Assembly (NCBI RefSeq): GCF_006345805.1
Contig: NW_021826401.1
Span: 1 to 12,983, forward strand
DNA from: Octopus sinensis
Taxonomy: Eukaryota
Reading direction: 5' to 3'
DNA length: 12,983 bases
Below the pieces are notes generated by a model, which saw only the letters and a program-made list of their open reading frames with translations, ran no database searches and was not told where the DNA came from. Positions 8,129 through 12,983 of this stretch are shown here, piece by piece. Each line of letters opens with the position of its first letter. Position 1 is the first letter of the stretch. A program made the translations under genes and the position numbers.

Positions 8129-8469
8129 CTTCTGCCATTTTTCCTGAGCGCCAACCTTAAATACTCTGTAGTTCTTTCACCCAAGTTTCAGCTGTTTTAA
8201 AAAAAATTTGAGGCACACATACGCAAACACACGCGCACACAACACACACACACAACACACACACACGCCACGTACACATGCATACATACATACACACACG
8301 CAAGCATACATATACATATAAGGAGAGAAAGAGAGGTGGTTAAAGAAATGGACATACGTATATGTATTTAAGTGTTGGTGTGTGTGCAATTGTGTATGAA
8401 TGTGTGTGTGTATGTGCGTTGTGTGTGTGTGTGTATGTGTGGTGTGCTGTCTGTATGCGCGCGTGCACC

Positions 8470-8694
8470 TGTCTTTGTTCTTGTAATTGTTTCACCCAAC
8501 GCTTCATATCTGGTGTTGGTTTGTATACGTCTCCGTAAGTTAGCGGTTCGACAGAACGTTGCCAACAGAATAAGTACTAGATTTTATTTAAAAGAAAAAC
8601 AAAAACAGAAACGCACCAGCCTCGATCTGTGTGACAAAACCTGCCAAGGTGGTGTCCTAGTATGGCCGCAGACTGACACAAGTAGCAGATAAAA
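8470..8694 (+). mobile_element. SINE family 1, 3' half with tail
   Basis: ttagcggttcg (8540-8550), gaataagtactag (8568-8580), and ggtggtgtcctagtatggccgcagactgacacaagtagcagataaaa tail. Confidence 0.85.
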
Positions 8695-8700
8695 CATACA

Positions 8701-8787
8701 AGATAGACAGGCGGACGGACGACGGACATACATATAGACAGACAGCCAGACAGACAGACAGACTGGCAGGCAGGCAGGCAGGCAGGC

Positions 8788-8885
<98 letters not shown>

Positions 8886-8940
8886 GTCGTTAGATAGATG
8901 TACGTAGATAAATAGATAGTCAGATCCATAGATAGATAAA
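8701..8940. repeat. Compound (GACA)/(GGCA)/(GATA)n microsatellite abutting the SINE tail
   Basis: Read directly. Confidence 0.93.
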
Positions 8941-8949
8941 TATACATAC

Positions 8950-9260
8950 AAATATATTTATACGTACGTACTTAGAAGATCTGCTTGTACTTGTACAGCT
9001 ATATATAGTATTATATAATTTGGGGTGAAAGAGCTACTTATAAGTATATAAATATATTTATACGCATAAATACAAAATGTGAGGAGTGAAAAACTTCTAC
9101 AAATATATTTATTTATACATATAAAATTTAATAAACTTTGAGAGAGAGGGTCACTTGTACGTATAACAAATATATTTATAATTGTGAGATAAAATTTGGA
9201 TATAGAAATAAAAATATATTTTTACGTATGAGATATAATTTGGTGAGGGAGAGATAAAGC
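8950..9260. repeat. Decayed AT-rich minisatellite, unit about 50 bp
   Basis: aaatatattt recurs at 8950, 9050, 9101, 9168 and 9212, interleaved with recurring (t)aatttgg, gagag and acttgtac-like blocks. Confidence 0.6.
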
Positions 9261-9385
9261 GGAGTATAGATAGCGTTATATTTGTTTTGCTCAGCGAATC
9301 TTATATTAAAATATGTCTGAAAAATTACATCTATCTATGTACACATGTATCTAAACCTCGCTATCGTCTAAGTACTTGTCTTTCT

Positions 9386-9614
9386 ATGTATGTATGTATG
9401 TATGTATGTATGTATGTATGTATGTATGTATGTATGTATGTATGTATGTATGTATGTATGTATGTATGTATGTATGTATGTATGTATGTATGTGTGTGTA
9501 TGTATGTGTGTATGTATGTATGTATGTATGTGTGTGTATGTATGTATGTACGTATGTATGTATGTATGTATGTATGTATGTATGTATGTATGTATCTATA
9601 TATCTATCTATCTA

Positions 9615-9673
<59 letters not shown>

Positions 9674-9674
9674 G

Positions 9675-9750
<76 letters not shown>
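9386..9750. repeat. (ATGT)n switching to (ATCT)n
   Basis: Read directly; the switch is near 9594. Confidence 0.95.
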
Positions 9751-9751
<1 letters not shown>

Positions 9752-9888
9752 TTGACTATCAATCTATCGATCTGTCTCTTTCTCTCTCATTCTCTCTCTC
9801 CCTTTCTTTACCTCTCTGTTTCTCCCCCTCTCTCTGTATAGATCTATCCATATATATGTATATATGTGTGTGTGTATGCGTTGCTCTC

Positions 9889-9891
<3 letters not shown>

Positions 9892-9939
<48 letters not shown>

Positions 9940-10053
9940 GTATATAGTAGGATCAGCAAAATGTATTCCATCCAGTGAGAGATAAATATTTAATATACGC
10001 AGGATTTAATAGCGAACAAAAACATACATTTATAATTACATACATATAAATAT

Positions 10054-10114
<61 letters not shown>
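9892..10114. repeat. Two pure (CA)n runs (9892-9937 and 10060-10114)
   Basis: Read directly. Confidence 0.95.
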
Positions 10115-10115
<1 letters not shown>

Positions 10116-10684
10116 CGCATCACAATAGATTCTTCCTTCTATTTCGGCGTACGAATATCTAACGCCATATTTCATATTCGTTTTTTTTTTTCCAGCTCTG
10201 ATGTCTATGTACGTGTGTTATGAGACTTTAATCCAGTCAAGATTTATACATACAAATATCTTTATCCCCTCGAATTATATAATACTTTATACACAAAAAT
10301 GTATTTCTTCTCTTTACACACACGCATATATATAATATATATATATTAGAATATGTGACACGTTATTATGCTCAACCAAAATGCGAGCTAGAAAAGGCAG
10401 ACGACATTAAACCAAAGTGACAGACGACAGTCAAACGAAATGCTAAGTAGCGTGTTAAAATGTCGCCTGTTGTTGAAAAAAGGGAAGAAAAAAGGAAGAA
10501 AAATCTGTCGAATGGTCCCCACAGATGGTTTTTGATTGAAATGTCTGCAGCAAAGCAACAGACCGTTGTCTTGTGTCAATGTTTTCATTTCAGTGGGCTT
10601 TTATAAACACCAGCAAACCTTTCACCTCCATTTTGACAAAAATCAACACAGCCGTTTATGAATGAATTTAACACTCAGTTGATG

Positions 10685-11135
10685 TCTATGTGCGTGTGTG
10701 TGTGTATATGTGTATGTGGTTGCATGTACGTGTCTTTGTGTATGTGTGCGTAAGTGAGTGTACCTCTGTGTGTGTGTGTACATGCTTATATCTATTTCAT
10801 ACAACACTCGATATATATGTATATATATATGTACACATGAGTTTGAATACGTATAAGTGTGTATACGCGTTAGCATGCGCACTTGTTTGTGTCTATATGT
10901 GTATGTGTGTTTGTGTGTATTTGTTTGTATGTGTTTGTGCGTATGTGTTTGTGTGTATATGTATGTTTGTATGTGTTTGTGTGTGAATGTGTGTGCGTGT
11001 GCGTATAGAAATTTATATACATAGATACACACAAAGACATGTCTCTCACTCTTTTCTCTCTCCCTCTCTACATATACATATATACACACATTCATACGTA
11101 TCTTTTATGTGTGTGTATATATATATATATATTCT
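10685..11135. repeat. Degenerate (TG/TA)n low-complexity tract
   Basis: Read directly. Confidence 0.85.
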
Positions 11136-11566
11136 TTGTCTGATATCAGTCTTTGGGATTTGGTGATTGCGAGGCACCCCTAACGATGGCTCTTTAACCC
11201 TCTCCATCTGTTTCTGGTTCTTGGTGAACGAGGGAGGGACTTTGATATTGTTACCCTCATTTCAGTGTCATACCCTCACGTGGGCCAATTTGAGTTTTTA
11301 CACAGTCTTATGTCCATATGTCCTGTACAGTAGTTTCGCGCCTAACACATACATCGCTCGTATTTTGAGGGGAGGGGCAACATATTGAAGTCCATTCATT
11401 TTCCAGCCTTTGCTTTAGCAATGATTTGTTGTTGATCAGGTCTTGTTTTGATGTGCTTGTATGCCTCAGTGACACACAGACATATTCTAGCGAAGAGAAA
11501 TTCATATTCACATCACATGTGCGCACGAAGATATAGATATATATTTGTGTGTGTGTGTGTGTGTGT

Positions 11567-11614
<48 letters not shown>

Positions 11615-11631
11615 AATCTTTTATTTTTTAT

Positions 11632-11664
11632 CTTCTATTTGTTTCAGTCATTAAACTGTGGCCA
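11632..11664 (-). mobile_element. SINE family 1 3' tail, inverted
   Basis: Reverse complement tggccacagtttaatgactgaaacaaatagaag matches the tail at 1499-1530. Confidence 0.75.
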
Positions 11665-11687
11665 CCCGGCAAGTGTCTTCTACTATA

Positions 11688-11948
11688 CTGGAACCTCTGT
11701 CGTCATAACCGACAGAGTGCTAGTGTCCATAAGCAAGACACTTTACTTCACATTGCTCCAGTCCACTCAGCTGGGAAAAATAGGTTGTACCTTTATTTCA
11801 AAGAGGCCAGCCATGTCACATTCTGTGTCACACTGAATCTCCCTGAGAACTACTTCAAGTGTATGCATGTCTGTGGAGTATTGCACGTTAGTTTCAAGAG
11901 CAAGTTGTTCCGTTGATCGGATCAACTAGAAACATTGCCATCATAACC
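11688..11948 (+). mobile_element. SINE family 2: a 3' end piece followed by a 5'-truncated body with a conserved central domain
   Basis: gtgtccataagcaagacactttacttcacattgctccagtccactcagctg resembles the conserved central domains of widespread metazoan SINE superfamilies (CORE/V/Meta/Nin-like; exact one not assignable). The end motif act.gaa.c.....tcataacc occurs at both 11688-11710 and about 11925-11948. An 8-bp stem-loop lies at 11695-11717. Confidence 0.7.
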
Positions 11949-12369
11949 AATAGAAGAAAGGAAACAGAAAAAAGATCTGCAAAGCGAGAATAAGACACGG
12001 GCATTCTACAATGGTTTCCTGTTAAGCGATTTGAACAGCTCCCAAGTACCGACGTCTAATACTTGCATTTCAAACACCTCCCTTCTATAAAACGGAATAT
12101 CTTCGTTCTTAACATTGTAGTTTGAGTTTCTCTCAGTATTTCCAGCTGGTTTATCAGCCGTATATTTTGGCAATCATTTCCGTGTTATACCATTTAGGAA
12201 GTTTCGTGTTTAGGGCTTAGTTTAACAATATGGCCGTCATATTTGGGGAAAAGAATAATATAACATATTCTTCAAAGAACCATACAATGTGTATGACAGT
12301 AGATATGTATGTCTCTCTCTTTCCATTTTTCTCAGTTTCTGTGTTTTCTCTCTCTCCTCTCACTTTCAC

Positions 12370-12401
12370 TCTCTCTCTATATATATATATGTATACATAC
12401 A

Positions 12402-12437
<36 letters not shown>

Positions 12438-12480
12438 TGTATGTATATGTATGTATGTATGTATATATACATATATATAC

Positions 12481-12537
<57 letters not shown>

Positions 12538-12920
12538 AGTGAGAGAGAAAGACATACGCATATACACATCTACACGCATTGTTTTTGTCTCTTTAAATAA
12601 TGTATATGCATATATATATCTATATATATATAGTGTGTGTGTATGTGTATACATACATACTTACATGTGTGTTTGTGTGTGTGCGTGTATATATGTACGT
12701 ACGTATATGTATGTATGCCGCTATGTACGTATGTATATAGTTATGTATGTATATGTAACCTTATAAACAAAGTATCACGTTTATATATGTATGTATGTAC
12801 GTCCGTATATACGTACGTACGTATGTATGTACGTACGTACGTATGTATGTATGTATGTATGGATGGATGGATGTATGTATGTACCAGTATATACGTATAT
12901 ACACGTGTGCGTTTGTGTGT
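12370..12920. repeat. (TA)n/(ATGT)n/(TACG) low-complexity tract
   Basis: Read directly. Confidence 0.9.
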
Positions 12921-12983
12921 GGATGCAAGCGTGCCCTGGTTTGTATTCCTTCTGATCTCATATAAAAACAAACAGAACGTCTT

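Noticed and set aside
8950-9260. CRISPR-like array of recurring 10-mers
   Set aside because: The context is eukaryotic, repeats are too short, spacers are mutually similar and irregular, and there are no cas genes. It is better described as a decayed minisatellite.

Overview
Non-coding, AT-rich, microsatellite-saturated eukaryotic DNA. It is most likely Octopus (inferred from SINE families recalled from memory) and probably intronic or intergenic. No intact host CDS is supportable: nearly all listed ORFs are translations of (AT)n, (CA)n, (GATA)n or (ATGT)n. The window holds an internally deleted DD34D mariner with TIRs and TA target duplication (335-1202), about ten fragments of two tRNA-derived SINE families, and a 5'-truncated tRNA-Gly(GCC) relic. 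It also holds a Penelope-like element (PLE) GIY-YIG remnant (4466-4916) and a probable PLE RT N-terminal remnant (7750-8010). The most interesting signal is five (possibly six) minimal type I hammerhead-ribozyme-like motifs of the PLE kind. Each has a different catalytic-core substitution, four lie shortly upstream of a microsatellite, and two share a downstream 10-mer able to sequester the catalytic strand. Also notable are a template-switch-like inversion inside the PLE ORF and a 90-nt near-perfect palindrome.
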